The position numbers and the translations under genes were made by a program. From NCBI GenBank assembly GCA_044892525.1, contig CM097888.1:46252001-46316000 (forward strand): a stretch of 64,000 bases of DNA, read 5' to 3'. The stretch's first letter is position 1, and each line of letters begins with the position of its first letter. Source of the DNA: Schmidtea polychroa. Its lineage: Eukaryota. The notes beneath the pieces are model-generated. The model was not told where the DNA came from, ran no database searches, and was given only the letters and a program-made list of their open reading frames with translations. Positions 8,721 through 19,900 of this stretch are shown here, in pieces.

Positions 8721-11700
8721 TGTTGGGCTGAGTCGAAGGGTAGTTGGGAATTAGGGAAACTGAACTAAAATAAAATAAAAAATAAAAACAAATAAATTGA
8801 CAAATAAAATAGAATAAAACATAAGAAAAACAATAATTAGAAAATAAGAATTAAAACAAAAATATAAAGATGAGAAAAATTAAAATAAGACAATAGAATG
8901 ACAGAAAACAACGTAAAATATAGTAAATACTAAGAAAATTAAGGAAAATAAATAAAAACATAATTTTAATAAAGAAAGTAAGAAGAAATAACTCGAAAAC
9001 AAAGAAAATAAATTAAATTAATAAAATTAAGCGGTACTCAATTCTAATTGGTCCGCGCAAACAAAAAATTAATATATAAGCAGGCATTAAAAACATAACA
9101 ATTACTGTTAATCAAACCACCTCAATAGGTAAGTGAAATTTAAATAACTGTGACGGTTAATCAAACCCACCTCAATAGGTAAATCTATTCTACGACGGAA
9201 CAGAACTCCAGCAACTAACGCACGATAACTCACGAGGACAATTCCAAGATTCAAAAGATTTTTACAGAACTAGACGACACTCGAGCATTAACTGATTCGA
9301 CATAGTACCCTTTTCGACTCAGCCCATACTTGTATCAATCATTCGGTAAGGATTTTTGATTGCTTATTTTGGATTTTTAAGTAATGCGTATAGTTCAATA
9401 ATATTCTTAATTTAAAAAATGGTTTTTCTTTTCGTTTGATGTTAGAATGCTTTATTTAAATTAATAATTTGCTTAATAATAAATGATTTGCTCGTTCAGA
9501 ATTATCGATCTTTTATGAATTAATTTTTATGAATTATTATTGGAGACCATTCAATTTGGCGAGAAACGTGGCGTTGAGATACTCTATGTCATGGTGTGAG
9601 GTGCCTTCGGGAGCTCCACCGGTGGACATAGGGTATTTCAATCACGCAGCTAGATTGGGCCGAAATGTGAGGGCTTCTTCACGGGTCCAATCGCTGAAGG
9701 TGCGACTAAAATCTATAGGTAAATGGGAGCCGAAATTGATAGTCATGTAGTGATTGAAAACAAAGATATGTAATAAAGGAATCGGAAAATTTTGATATAT
9801 TCGCGTAGTGATTGAGGGTGTCACACTATCGTCTTCGAATATCGGTTTTGCTAAGCCTAAATTTTCTCTATCATCAATGTAAGTCGTGTGTCAAAAATTG
9901 TTCAAACCTTAGTGAGGCTATCTGTGACATATCTTCGATGTTCATACTTTTCACTCAGAATCTGTTCCGACCAATTTTTAGCCTATGACCTTCGGAACTG
10001 TTATTCCGTTCATCTAAAAGTTCTCTTAAAGACATAGTTGCCAGGAAGTCAAAGTAGATTGCTTCATACAAGTATTAGGTTTACTCGAAATGACTGCTTG
10101 TAAATAAAGAGTAGAATCAGGTAAAATGATTTAATCCAAATAGTTATTCAGAATTGCATAAAACGAGTTCGTTCCAAATAAAAGTTTAAATTACATAAAA
10201 TGATTCGCTATCATAATTTTTTAGAATTTTATATAAAAGGAGTTACATACAATTAATTATCATAATCACATAAACTATTGGCATCAAATAATTTAAAATT
10301 GAAAAATGCAACCAATGCGAGCCACGAAAAATATATTTCTTCAAGTTAGCCGATGATCTTGTTAATTAAATATAAAATTCCAGTATTTCGTGGGGTTGGC
10401 AATCCAGCAGGGATAGGTAGAAATCCTCCAGCACTTAGAGAGTAGATCGATAAACTAGGTTTGAGGAATTAAAGACGAAAAATCCACCCTTGGAGCAAGC
10501 TATATCCAACATTTGCAATACAGATAATTATAATTTTTCCAATAATCCGGTGAGAATTAGTAAATCAGCGCCATATGCAGGAGAATTGTGAGTGATTACG
10601 CGATAGATAAAATTCTGAGAAAATGACATCTTGCAAACATTTAACACCTACAATTGTAGTATAATTAAGTGTGTGACAGCACACCCTGCATGCGTCAGCA
10701 GTTACAGACTCACCTAGTGGCCAAGTACAGTGGGCAAAGTCACACACGCCTCTACTCAGGAAAAATCCGACGAACATACCAGATGGAATTTCTATTAACC
10801 AATTAGACTACCGACAGGTATCATATTTCACCGCTCCGGATTAATAGTCAACCACCGGGCTGACATTTCCTTATCTACCTAGCAGGAATGGTCGGCTACT
10901 AGCTCACATTGATACTGTGCTCAGTTATCATAAAGACAATATTTTTTTTTTGTGCTAAACCCGATCGTAATTATGATTATTCTCTCTTTATTATCGTAGA
11001 ATGAATGGCACGGAAATTATGTCATTTTTGACATAATTATCATTAATATTAATGTCGAATATTATTAATAAATAATATTTAAACCAGGCAAAACACATGT
11101 GAATAATTAGAGAGAATGAATAAATAATTAAAAATTTAAATAGCCTTCCGTTTATCCTGTAGGAATTAATCAACAGACATTATGGACCCCTTTTCCATAG
11201 ATAGTCACTCGACCCCAGTACATGATACCCTCATCAAAATCACTCGTACGGGGGGAGAAGTCAACAAGGTAACTCGATTCTCGGTAAACGTGAAATAATG
11301 ACTTCAAGCGGATTGACTAAATAATCAATTTTCGTCGATCTAGAATTCCTCTCACTAATAGTATTACCTTCCTTTCCGTGTACGGAATCTGGTTTGATCG
11401 ATTTATCTTCTTATAATCAAAGACCCAAAAGGTATGAGAATCCATCGTGCAGTAGTACTTGTCTTGACTGGTAAACTCATATTTTTGTCTATGATCAGTA
11501 AAGTATGAATGGGGTCAGATGGTGACACTCCCGTTGAGTTAATTATTTTCATTTTTCATTTTTTTTCACAGTCACTCAAAAATGTTGCCAAATTCCAAGA
11601 CCGTTCTTCGACCTTGTTTTTCTTGCTCCGACAAGAATTCAATTATCAAAGAGCTCCAGGCCCAAATCGGAAAGCACAAAAGAAGGATAGATGAGTTGGA

Positions 11701-12893
11701 GGGGACATGGTTTAGTCCCACCCAGATGAAGGAGGCTCAGAAGAAGCTGCATCGAAGCGAGCACTGTAGAGACGCGTTGATTTCCGAGAGTCGGGCGCAG
11801 AGGAGCCTGATAAAAGAGCAGTCGGAGGCGCTGCACAAATTATACGTTGCAGCAGCTACAAGGAGGATCGCGAAGATCCCAATTAATGAAGCCAGTAATC
11901 TTTTCCCAGCACATCATGATATCTCTGGCGGATCTTCTTCTCCAGTCGGAAAGTCCTGCCATGGGTGCGTAGAGACCGAGCTCTCACCTAAAGAACCAGA
12001 AATCATCTTTACCGGAACCAGTAAAGCGTTACCTGTGATGGCATCTACCTCTGCAGCACCCCCGACCAATCCAACGGCATCGAAGCCAAAGCGTCGGCAA
12101 TTATCGAGAGCCGAACGCAAAAGGAAACAGCGGGAACGCGTAACCGCCAAACAGAACCAGCAATCGTCGGATCATCTAATCAAAGTCATCAACCCTCCTG
12201 CAGTAATCGATTTAGCATCAGTGATCTCAGGGCGAATCATCTCCGCCGCTGGGGTTTCCTGGGAGGAAAATGCCTCTGAATTTTTCGACTTGGAAGATCT
12301 GTTGGCAGACTCAGAGTGGGAGAAATGAGAACTTCTCCGTAACAAGTCTTCGTTCACTGAAATGACCCGAACATTGTCGGATAACATTTTTACCTTTGTT
12401 TCTTTTCCTGTGGTCGTAACTTTTATTGTATAGGTGTTAGGTATATTTGTGTGATAATCTTAATAATAAACCATTTTGTCTGCATACGTTTCCTTTTGTG
12501 TTCATCCTAGGACAGTTGAGTTGAAATTGGTGAAGGGTATTGAGAGTCATAAAACTAGGAGGAGCATTAGTCAGTTGGCAAACTCAGCTAGAAACATTGC
12601 GATGGGGCGACGGAATGAGTAGACGTAAGTCCTTCTATCGGCAGTCAGGGTTGGGAAGTCGAGGCCCCAGTAAGGAGTAGTCCGGAGGAGCTGGTTCACC
12701 TGCTTACTGGCGTCTCGCCGGCATAGCACAGTTCCAACGTGAAGCAATTCACGGGTGCTATGTTGGAGTGTAAGTTATGTACGGGTCCCGCTCGGCGATG
12801 ACCAAATAAATGATGGGCGAAATCGAGGTGGCATTCATCCTCTAGACTAAAGTTGCACTAGAAAGGGGTCATCCGAGTAGTGTACCCGCAACA
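8721..12893 (+). repeat. Putative long terminal repeat (~4,173 bp), shared between adjacent copies
   Basis: Starts TGTTGGG and ends CCCGCAACA, 7 nt before the PBS. Preceded by the hairpin AATTGCG-GGA-CGCAATT (8683-8699). Contains TATATAAG (~9073), a 26-bp direct repeat (9107/9156) and AATAAA (~12466). No canonical PPT, so the 5' edge is uncertain. Confidence 0.6.
11582..12328 (+). CDS. 248-aa orphan protein inside the putative LTR (N-terminal CxxC, coiled coil, basic segment, acidic C-terminus)
   Basis: Intact ORF preceded by a strong poly(T)-CACAG acceptor-like site. A diverged homolog at 58393-59144 (-) supports coding status. Confidence 0.8.
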   Translation: MLPNSKTVLRPCFSCSDKNSIIKELQAQIGKHKRRIDELEGTWFSPTQMKEAQKKLHRSEHCRDALISESRAQRSLIKEQSEALHKLYVAAATRRIAKIPINEASNLFPAHHDISGGSSSPVGKSCHGCVETELSPKEPEIIFTGTSKALPVMASTSAAPPTNPTASKPKRRQLSRAERKRKQRERVTAKQNQQSSDHLIKVINPPAVIDLASVISGRIISAAGVSWEENASEFFDLEDLLADSEWEK

Positions 12894-12900
12894 TAATTTT

Positions 12901-12918
12901 TGGGGGCTCAGCCGGGAT
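12901..12918 (+). promoter_or_regulatory. Primer-binding site, tRNA-Pro
   Basis: TGGGGGCTCAGCCGGGAT matches 16/18 of the classical tRNA-Pro PBS TGGGGGCTCGTCCGGGAT and follows ...CAACA-TAATTTT. Confidence 0.9.
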
Positions 12919-13216
12919 ATAGATTGAAATTTCCATTGGTCAGTGTAAACTGGATAAGGATGTTATTGAGTGAATTTCTGTCGAATAGAGTGAACTCACC
13001 GGGGTAAGTGATTCCAATGGGTTAGCGAGTGCAAATTGACTAATGCTTATCGAATCTTATTATAAATCACGAATAGAAAATAATAAAATTAAAAATATAA
13101 ATAAAGCAAATTTAATGATGGAGAAATAAGATAAAAGTAAAATAACGATAACGAGTTAGATAAGAGAATGTCCGACGAAACGAAGTCATATACTACTGAA
13201 ACATTTTTTTTTAGAC

Positions 13217-13702
13217 ATGACGGAATTCAATGATCAGATACAACAACTAATCAACTTCATAAACATCGAGAATGACTCCCTTAAAACGCTGACACAAAAG
13301 AGAGAAAGAATTAACATCATACTACTCCAAGCAATCGGGCAAACACCAGCCGTCCCCAACCACATGTTATTAGCCACAGGACTAAGTCACCCAGATGGGA
13401 AGGTAAACCCGGAAACCGTGTACCAATGGTATCAAGAGAGATTGAACCACCCAGCATTAAATCTTGATTATCAACGTATAAAAGATCCCTTAAATACCAT
13501 ATCAGATACAATCGAGCGGAAAATACAAGAAAAACTGACTCTACTACGAACTTGCCTTGCTTGTAAACTTCGTCCTATTCGCGTACTGTTTTTGCCGTGT
13601 GGACACCTCAGTCACTGCGAAGAATGCGGGAACGAGCTAACAAGATGCACGATATGTAAGCACGAGATAAAAGAAACTCATATGGTCTACTATGGTGAAT
13701 GA
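13217..13702 (+). CDS. RING-finger protein (IAP/MDM2-type C-terminal C3HC4 RING), putative E3 ligase, in the 5' leader
   Basis: CLACKLRPIRVLFLPCGHLSHCEECGNELTRCTICKHEI at the extreme C-terminus. No BIR motif seen. Confidence 0.85.
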   Translation: MTEFNDQIQQLINFINIENDSLKTLTQKRERINIILLQAIGQTPAVPNHMLLATGLSHPDGKVNPETVYQWYQERLNHPALNLDYQRIKDPLNTISDTIERKIQEKLTLLRTCLACKLRPIRVLFLPCGHLSHCEECGNELTRCTICKHEIKETHMVYYGE

Positions 13703-14338
13703 ATAGTGAAAGATACAGTAACATCTAGGAACATTGAATTTACACGGCTATTGAATGAGAATAAGTGTAATTGATGTGTGAAAATTGATTAAAGTTTTAA
13801 TTTTTATTTTTTATGGTGAATAAATTTTTGTTATGAACTGAGTAATTATGGCTTTTAATCCTATTTTATAATTGTTTTTTGAATCAAACGAAAAGAAAAC
13901 CGAACTAACGTGGAATTAGTCCCAATATAGGCTGTAAGGGTACAAACCGAGCCACCTTAGGGCGGTACGTTCTATCATACGATAAAACCAATTGGGAGGG
14001 GATAACCGATCAACCTAAGTGAGGAGCGTAGGGCGGGGTACCATCGCAAATGATGAGAAGTTTCTGCGGCATGACTGATCACCATGCCAATGTAGAAATG
14101 GATCATCGCGATCGTCGTGCGTTTTGAGCAAGGGGGGAAAGGGGACACACTCCCGTGCGGTAAAGATTAAGCCAACAAATTAAAAATAGACAGAGAAAAT
14201 GGTAATCTTGAGTAAAAGAAGAAAGAGAGAAGTAGAAGGATGCAGAGTAAAGAATGTTAAAGCCGAGCTGTAAAATAGTCCAGCCGGTCAAGGGAAACGA
14301 AAACTGAGCTGTGAAAAGTCCAGCCAGTTCGGAGATAT

Positions 14339-14637
14339 TAAGATCGAGTTGTTGAATAGTCCAACCGATCAGAAGGAGGAAGATTGAGCTGTTGAATAGT
14401 GCCAGCCAGTCGTAAGATCGAGTTGTTGAATAGTCCAACCGATCAGAAGGAGGAAGATTGAGCTGTTGAATAGTGCCAGCCAGTCGTAAGATCGAGTTGT
14501 TGAATAGTCCAACCGATCAGAAGGAGGAAGATTGAGCTGTTGAATAGTGCCAGCCAGTCGTAAGATCGAGTTGTTGAATAGTCCAACCGATCAGAAGGAA
14601 GAAGATTGAGCTGTTGAATAGTGCCAGCCAGTCGTAA
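14339..14637 (+). repeat. 4 x 74-bp tandem repeat (each unit two ~37-bp sub-repeats) in the leader
   Basis: Units start TAAGATCG at 14339, 14413, 14487 and 14561, with one substitution in unit 4. The core GAG(C/T)TGTTGAATAGT occurs twice per unit, and degenerate monomers lie at ~14265 and ~14305. Confidence 0.95.
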
Positions 14638-16008
14638 AGGCCTAGAAAAGCGAGAGATAGCAGTTAAGCTACAATGAGGTAATATTTAAATTACTAGTGA
14701 AATGGAATATTAAAGCTAGCTAGAACAAATAGAAGGTAATTACGAAAATTTGAGTTTAGAGAGGAAATAAACGAGCTCGTGGAAAAGATAATAAGATTAT
14801 AATGAAAAAGGAAAGGGAAGAAGGAAACGAATTAAAGAGATAATGGAAAATAAAGAATAGGCGAAACGATGATAATGAGTAAAGAGGAAAGTAACCAACT
14901 AATTAAAGGGACCCCAGTGAAGTAGAGAAACTCTACGGAATAATATTTTTCTTTTTTGGGCGAAGCGGGAGAATATATTTTATTGGTTCCAGAGTAGAAC
15001 CGAGTGAGATAATAGTAAATACGAAAAGTAAAACAGCGACAACCGCGCAAAAAGGACTAGGAAAACGAAAGGGGGGTAATAAGCAGTGACCGACAACGAC
15101 CTATTCCTATTATAAGTGATAAAAATAGATAATTATTACGACTCTATAGATAATTGTTACTACCCCATATAGATAATTTAAAATCGACGAAAATTTCGGG
15201 CTGATGGGAGATTATAACCCGCGGAAGTAATTGCATAAAAAATAGGGGAAGCATAAACAGAACCTAAAAGGTGTCTGTGTTTGAATGTTGCAGAAAGAAT
15301 GATGAAGTCGTGTAAGCAGATGCAACACGAGATCATTTTTTCATTTTAGATATCAAACCAATCCAGTCAACCAAGACAATCCAGAACCCGCACAAAAGGA
15401 ATTCGAAGAAATCGACAATCGACCAAGAATAAATCCATTCAGAACCCGCACCGAGAGACACAGCAACCGGAAGACTCCAGAACGGAAGAAGATACAGATA
15501 GCGACATCTCCAACTTCGAACGAATCATCGATATATTCAACCTCATAGTATTAGCAGCCATCTGTCAAGGACTAGTAAATCTCCTCAGAATCACAGTAGC
15601 AGATTCATACAGAATACTTATCGAAGGAAACACAATCAGAACTGAACTCGTCCAATTCAGTAGCCGCTAATTACCAAGAAGCGTAAGAAAGGAATCACGG
15701 ATAAACCCAATCTTAGATCTTCAAGTAAGCCAGGAGACGTATTATTTTCAGGAGACGAATTACAACAACTCAAAAGAGGACGATCTATTAAACATCAAAG
15801 AGGAATATCACAAGGATCAAGAAGAACCAATCAAGTACCTATATTTGACCAAGAAAATCTCGGATACACCCCTAGCCGATCTCGAAGCAGAGAAAGTCTG
15901 TCCGACATCACTAATAGTTTAGCAACGTCAACCGAGGAATTATCAGCCCAAAATTTAGTCACGTCACCGGATAATTTAAAAGAAACCGACGAATCTAGAA
16001 CACCAATC

Positions 16009-16914
16009 ATGACGAATGTCGTAAAAACCGACGAGTATAAAGAAAAGTTCCGAGGAGAACCGTTCAATGGAAATGCAAACAAGCTAGCAACGTTCATAAC
16101 TAATTTTGAAGTTTATATCACTGTGTGTGGATGGACACCCGAAGCAATTAGTAAAAGGATGCCGTTGTTTTTGTGCGATAGCGCATTAGAAGTATATTTA
16201 GAAGCTAAAGAGAGAGATACGAAATTAGAAAAGTGGGAAGATATCAAAACATTCCTGAAGAAAACCTTCGGAGCCAGTAAGCCAATCAACCAGGCGTTGG
16301 GCGAACTAGCAAATAGGAAACAAAGAGCAAATGAATCCATCACGTTATATGCCAGTGAATTGCGGAGATTGGCAAAGAAAGCAATGAATGGGAAATTACC
16401 AGAAGAAAATTTGATCGGTTATTTCATAGAGGGATTACGCCGAGAAGAAGTAAGAGCCTCAGTAGGTTGTCAAATGTGCAAAACATTAGAGGAAGCCATA
16501 GATTGGGCTACAAGATGCGAGCTCCACCTTCCAGCTCAAATGAATATTATGCAAGAGGAGGGAAGGATAATGACAGCAATAGCGAAAGCGGATAACGGAG
16601 ATAACAACAATCAAGAACCGAAAATGAATCAATTTATACCAGGAGCGCACCAAATTTTCAAACCACCACAAGGACGATCAAATGGGAATAATGGTAATCG
16701 TAACAACCCGAATAATGAGAACAATTTTAATAATCGACGAAATATGAACGATAACAAGCAGTGTCGAACATGCGGTAAACCAGGACACTGGGACAGAGAT
16801 TGCTATAGAAATTCAAATTGTAATCGTTGCGGACGGCGTGGACATACCGAAAATGTATGCCAATTGAGAGGTTGTTTTAACTGTGGTCAGCCAGGTCACA
16901 TCTCCAGAGATTGC
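16009..16914 (+). other. Gag domain: Ty3-type capsid plus three CCHC zinc knuckles
   Basis: FNG...FE.Y....W capsid pattern and the Q..NESI..YA.EL motif. CX2CX4HX4C at 16762, 16819 and 16873. Confidence 0.93.
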
Positions 16915-19900
16915 CGAGAAAGGGGCCAACAACAACGACCACCACAGCGAAATAATAATTATATGGCGAATCCGCAACGACAAAGTAACCCTAGCGAAGG
17001 AAAACAAATGAACGTTATGCAGGAAATCTCGCAGATGAAACAGATGATGCAACAAATGATGAGACCGAGACCGGAATCAGCACCACAACAAACCCAGAAT
17101 ATACGTATGATGAGGAGTACCGAAAATCTCAACAATTATGAAGTGCATCAACATGTACAAGAATGGCAAAGACTACAGGCCGAGGAAGAGAGGATAAAAC
17201 AAGAACGCAACCAACAACGACAAGAACAACCATTGCGAATTAATATGATGAAGTTAGTAAAAGACATGAAAAGCCAGTATTGCTACAATTACGGGAAAAA
17301 CCCAAGGGTAGTACCCATGACTGAACCAGAAAAGGTAACAGAAACAACAACGGAAATGAAAACAGAGAATTCAACCACGATTTTAAAAGGAAACCCGAGA
17401 ATTCAGAAAATATTCTGGAAAAAGATAAAAGATAAAATCGAAAAAGAACATAATAAAGCGAAAGCCGAGACAGAAGATGAAAATAACAAGAGCAAGGAAC
17501 AAACCAGTCAACTAAACCACCAAATGCTACAAGAATTAGAATCAGAAGAAACAACGATATTCGAAAGAAAGAAACTAAAGAGAGTACCAAGGATGAGAAA
17601 TTTGCAAATCAATATGATGAAAAGGACAAAAGATGTAGCATCGTCAGACGAAGAAGAAGACTATGTAAGTAGTTTGGGTGGAGAAATACTACAGCTAAAT
17701 GAAATAAGCGAACCTCCAAAAGGGGAAATCAAAGAGGAAGAAAGCGAAAGCGAGATAACAAGTGGAAGTGAAGACGAGGATATCGAAATAAAGTTGAGAA
17801 AAGCAAGGGAGGAAGCGATAAAACAGGTAGCCGAAATACTCCCGGCGGTAGTGAGAAACCAAGAGTTCATCGACGTAATACCATTCAGGCGATTCGTGCA
17901 AAAAGTGATGAAATTGGAAAGAAACGAGAAAGATTTAATACCAAACGAGGAAAAATCAATTATAAAAAAGTATATGGAAAAAATGAAGCAGGCCGATACC
18001 ACGCGGTATGTAATAAAAATCGGAACGAGCAGAGGACTTGAAAGAATGTGGATCAAAAGTACAGTCACCGACGAACTTTTCGATTGGATACGAGAACATT
18101 TGGGAAATTCGAGAAAGAAAGAATATCTGTATCAATACCAAGGAGAACAGATCAAACCAGATATGCACTTAGTAGATGCACTAATATGGCCAGGAGAAAC
18201 GCAAATACTGAAGTTGCATAAAGAAAAACAACCAGCCAACCTTTACGATTGGGCTAAAGATGCCAAGGCAGAATATGATTTTAATATCAAATTGAAATTA
18301 GAACAAATAAAACAATGTACTCTGAGACGAAACCTGGATAAGCTGATCAAACAAATTCAAGAACAAGTAGAAGACAACTGGGAATTACTCATCACCAGAC
18401 GAGCCCCAGCCATGTACGAACTAATGAGCCGATTGCGAGATACAGAAATGCTCCGGATGAGTGATTGGAGAACCATAAATTTGATCCACAAATATGGAAG
18501 GTTAAAAGAAACCCAGCCACAGAGGTTGGAAATAACCATATGGTTACCGAACGAAGAAAAACGACGAATAAAAATGAGCAATCGGAGTACAGTGGATGAC
18601 TTGGTATCAAAGATAAACCAAGAGATAACGGAAAAGGTACGTAGCGAAAGTAGTGATGGTATGGTGGATGATGTAGTCATGATGTACGATAAAATAATAT
18701 TACGAGCAGAAGACGACACCTCGTTAAGCGAATTGGGTATGTGGAACAATCATCAGATCATCAGGATAGTACCAATGGATGAATTTCGAACAAGAGATGT
18801 AATCTATCAAAAAGAAATACGAGACCGGATGAAAACGTTATATCAAAAATCTACAGAAATAATTGAAATCCACCAACAATGGTTAAAAGAAAAAGAACTA
18901 CAAGGAAAAATCACGAAATTAAGCACCAGATCCTGCAGACGAACCCCATGGGAAAGAGTGTGGAATGCAGAAAATAAGGAATGGGAAATCCGGAAAGGAA
19001 TCTTCGTAGAAACAGACATTGGTGAGACAGAAAGTGAATCGGAGGAAGAAGAAGAGGAACCTCCAGAATATGAAGAGGAAGCAAGGGGACAGACATCAGA
19101 TGACGAAAGCGAGACGGATGTCACATCAGAAAGCGAAAATGAAGCGAGACATATTCATGCAATGAGGAAAAAGGAACGTGAATATGCTGATATGGACGGC
19201 GAGGAAGCGACGGAAGCAAGAGAACGAGAAGAGAAAGAAAGATATAAACAATTAGGCGATATCTTAGCAATGGGAGCGAAAAATCAAAAACGCCAAGTAG
19301 TAGCGTTGGCTAACATCATCTTAAAGACATCAGAGAACATCCACAATCTGAGAGGAATGGCAAAGGCAATAGAGGAATACCGGCAATATAATGAATGGTA
19401 TCCAGAACAGCTAGAACAAATTATTCGAAAATGGAGAAATCAGGAATGGGCACAAGACACTCAGGAGAGGAATCACATCCGAATCAAGTATCCGGACAAG
19501 AGCATCGAGGAACTAGAGGTGCATCCAACAACAAAGATTAGAGAATTAAAAAAGAAATTAGCATATGAAACTCCATTCCATCTGCAACTGTTCGGAAAAT
19601 CACTAGACGATAATGCAGACGTCGGAATAACACCCATGAGATTGGAAGAGACAAATGTGTTAACAATGGCAGAAACGTTGGGAAAGCCGTTAAAAAGGAA
19701 AAGTAAAATTACTAAACCAACAAAAAGCAGTTTGAGTACTCCAAGTCCGAACAAAGCACCAAGTAAATCTAATGAAACTGAAGAAGTTGAAGAGATAATC
19801 CTGGAAGATAGTGACGATGAACCAGGAGAAAGATCACCGCTATTAGTAAGATGGCCGACAGGAGCCGAAATGTGGACTAATAACCAGCCATCAACGAGTT

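Noticed and set aside
8716-9337. A 620-bp LTR or MITE defined by the imperfect inverted repeats
   Set aside because: No PBS follows 9337 and there is no target-site duplication.
11250-11260. GGGGGGAGAAG as the PPT defining a shorter LTR
   Set aside because: It is followed by TC rather than TG and has no inverted match to the CAACA end. Kept only as a fallback boundary.
13217-13702. Calling the RING protein a full IAP
   Set aside because: No BIR Cys/His motif in the N-terminal part.
14339-14637. CRISPR-like appearance of the 74-bp array
   Set aside because: The intervening segments are identical rather than unique spacers, there are no cas genes, and the context is a eukaryotic retroelement.
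15664-15670. Programmed -1 frameshift joining the 15350 frame to gag
   Set aside because: The overlap is only 7 nt and has no X-XXY-YYZ slippery site.
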